This document shows, piece after piece, positions 62,812 to 64,000 of a DNA stretch of 64,000 nucleotides; position 1 is the stretch's first letter; the number at the start of each line of letters is the position of its first letter. The notes beneath the pieces were generated by a model. It made no database searches, was not told where the DNA came from, and worked only from the letters and a program-made list of their open reading frames with translations. A program made the translations under genes and the position numbers. Origin of the DNA: Piromyces finnis finn (lineage: Eukaryota > Fungi > Neocallimastigomycota); the NCBI GenBank assembly GCA_002104945.1, contig MCFH01000005.1, forward strand, positions 1,308,138-1,372,137, written 5' to 3'.

Positions 62812-63464
62812 AATAATATTATTAATAGTATTTGTCAATGTAGTTGTAATAGTATATTAATTTTTCATTAATTCCAACAATGACTCACTTAGCTTTATTA
62901 ATTTTAATGAAATATATGATGCACTAATAAATAAATATTAACCAATAATAAATGGTATGGATTTAGAACTTTTTTTTCGTTACTTTGTTTAATTAAAAGA
63001 TTATTACAAAGATAAAGTATAATCAGGTAATATATTCTATAATATTTATAATATAAATGTTTAATATTTTTATAAATATGTGAATTAATAAATACAATTT
63101 GTTATAGATAAAATTTTATTATTTATAGAAAAGTAATTATGAAGCAAAAAAAAATTTTTTTAAATTGTATTGATTTTATATTATACAAACAAATATAATA
63201 AAAAATTATATAAATAATTAAACATATTTTAATATACTTGATATAATAAACATTTTTTTACTATAAATTTTAATTAGTACATTAACTATAAATTAATATT
63301 TATTAATTTAAAATAAGAAGAATATTACAATAATTAAAAAATTATTTTATTTTGATAGAGGTTACAAACTATTTATTTTTATAAATGAATAGTTTTTTCT
63401 TTAATTGTAATAGAAAAAATGCATCTATATATAATAACCTTCAAATTATATTTCTTATATAAAA

Positions 63465-63506
<42 letters not shown>

Positions 63507-64000
63507 TTACGCATTTTTATACAGTTCAACCTTTTGTAATTTCATAATACTTAGAATGAGTAACTATATTACATGATTTTTATTATTATCTATATTTATA
63601 TTTACTTTTATTAGCATTTTATATTTATTAATTTACAAATTCTTTTATGTAATAAATAATTAATCATAAATTATTTCTTGAAATTAGTCCATTATATCAT
63701 ATAAATATAGATATCAATTTATATATATAAAAAAAAAACTATTATTATAATTTTAATTGAACCATCTTTGTGGTTTTTTAATTTCAAAATTGGTTATAAA
63801 TCTTTTTTTAAAGTATAAATGCAACATCTTTTTGAAATGATATAACATTAGGTTGTTTATTTTAATTAATCAATAATTATTTAAATATCCCTAGCAAGCT
63901 TTATTATAAACACCCATTTCCCTCTATATTTATAATAAATAATAAAAAGCAATAACAAATATTAAATATATTGATATTCTGAAACTTTCTCTTATCTTTT

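Overview
Extremely AT-rich eukaryotic DNA with short GT-AG introns and fungal dockerin-bearing CAZymes, most consistent with an anaerobic gut fungus (Neocallimastigomycota); the taxon is inferred, not database-confirmed. In order: the 5' part of a beta-helix/pectin-lyase-fold-like surface protein gene running off the left edge; a 175-bp retrotransposed insertion with poly(A) and target-site duplication; a bacterial-type 6TM K+ channel; a GH5 endoglucanase (2 CBM10/dockerin-like modules + CBM1); a solute-binding-protein/7TM receptor fusion; a ~22-kb tandem array of four secreted LRR genes (three intact-looking, one pseudogene); a GH9 cellulase with 3 dockerins; a BspA-LRR/transglutaminase-like protein; truncated or decayed genes (GPH sugar transporter, ankyrin, Cys-rich protein); a secreted furin-like Cys-rich protein; and an AAA-ATPase-like/PD-(D/E)XK nuclease gene. 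The LRR array is nearly invisible to the ORF track and is the most striking element. Almost every repeat is its own symmetric phase-2 micro-exon, the copies differ in cassette number (22 vs 31 exons), and there are signs of exon duplication, sharply bounded sequence homogenisation, a mosaic pseudogene, and substitutions concentrated on the predicted ligand-binding face. All exon structures, alignments and counts were done by eye and need computational confirmation.
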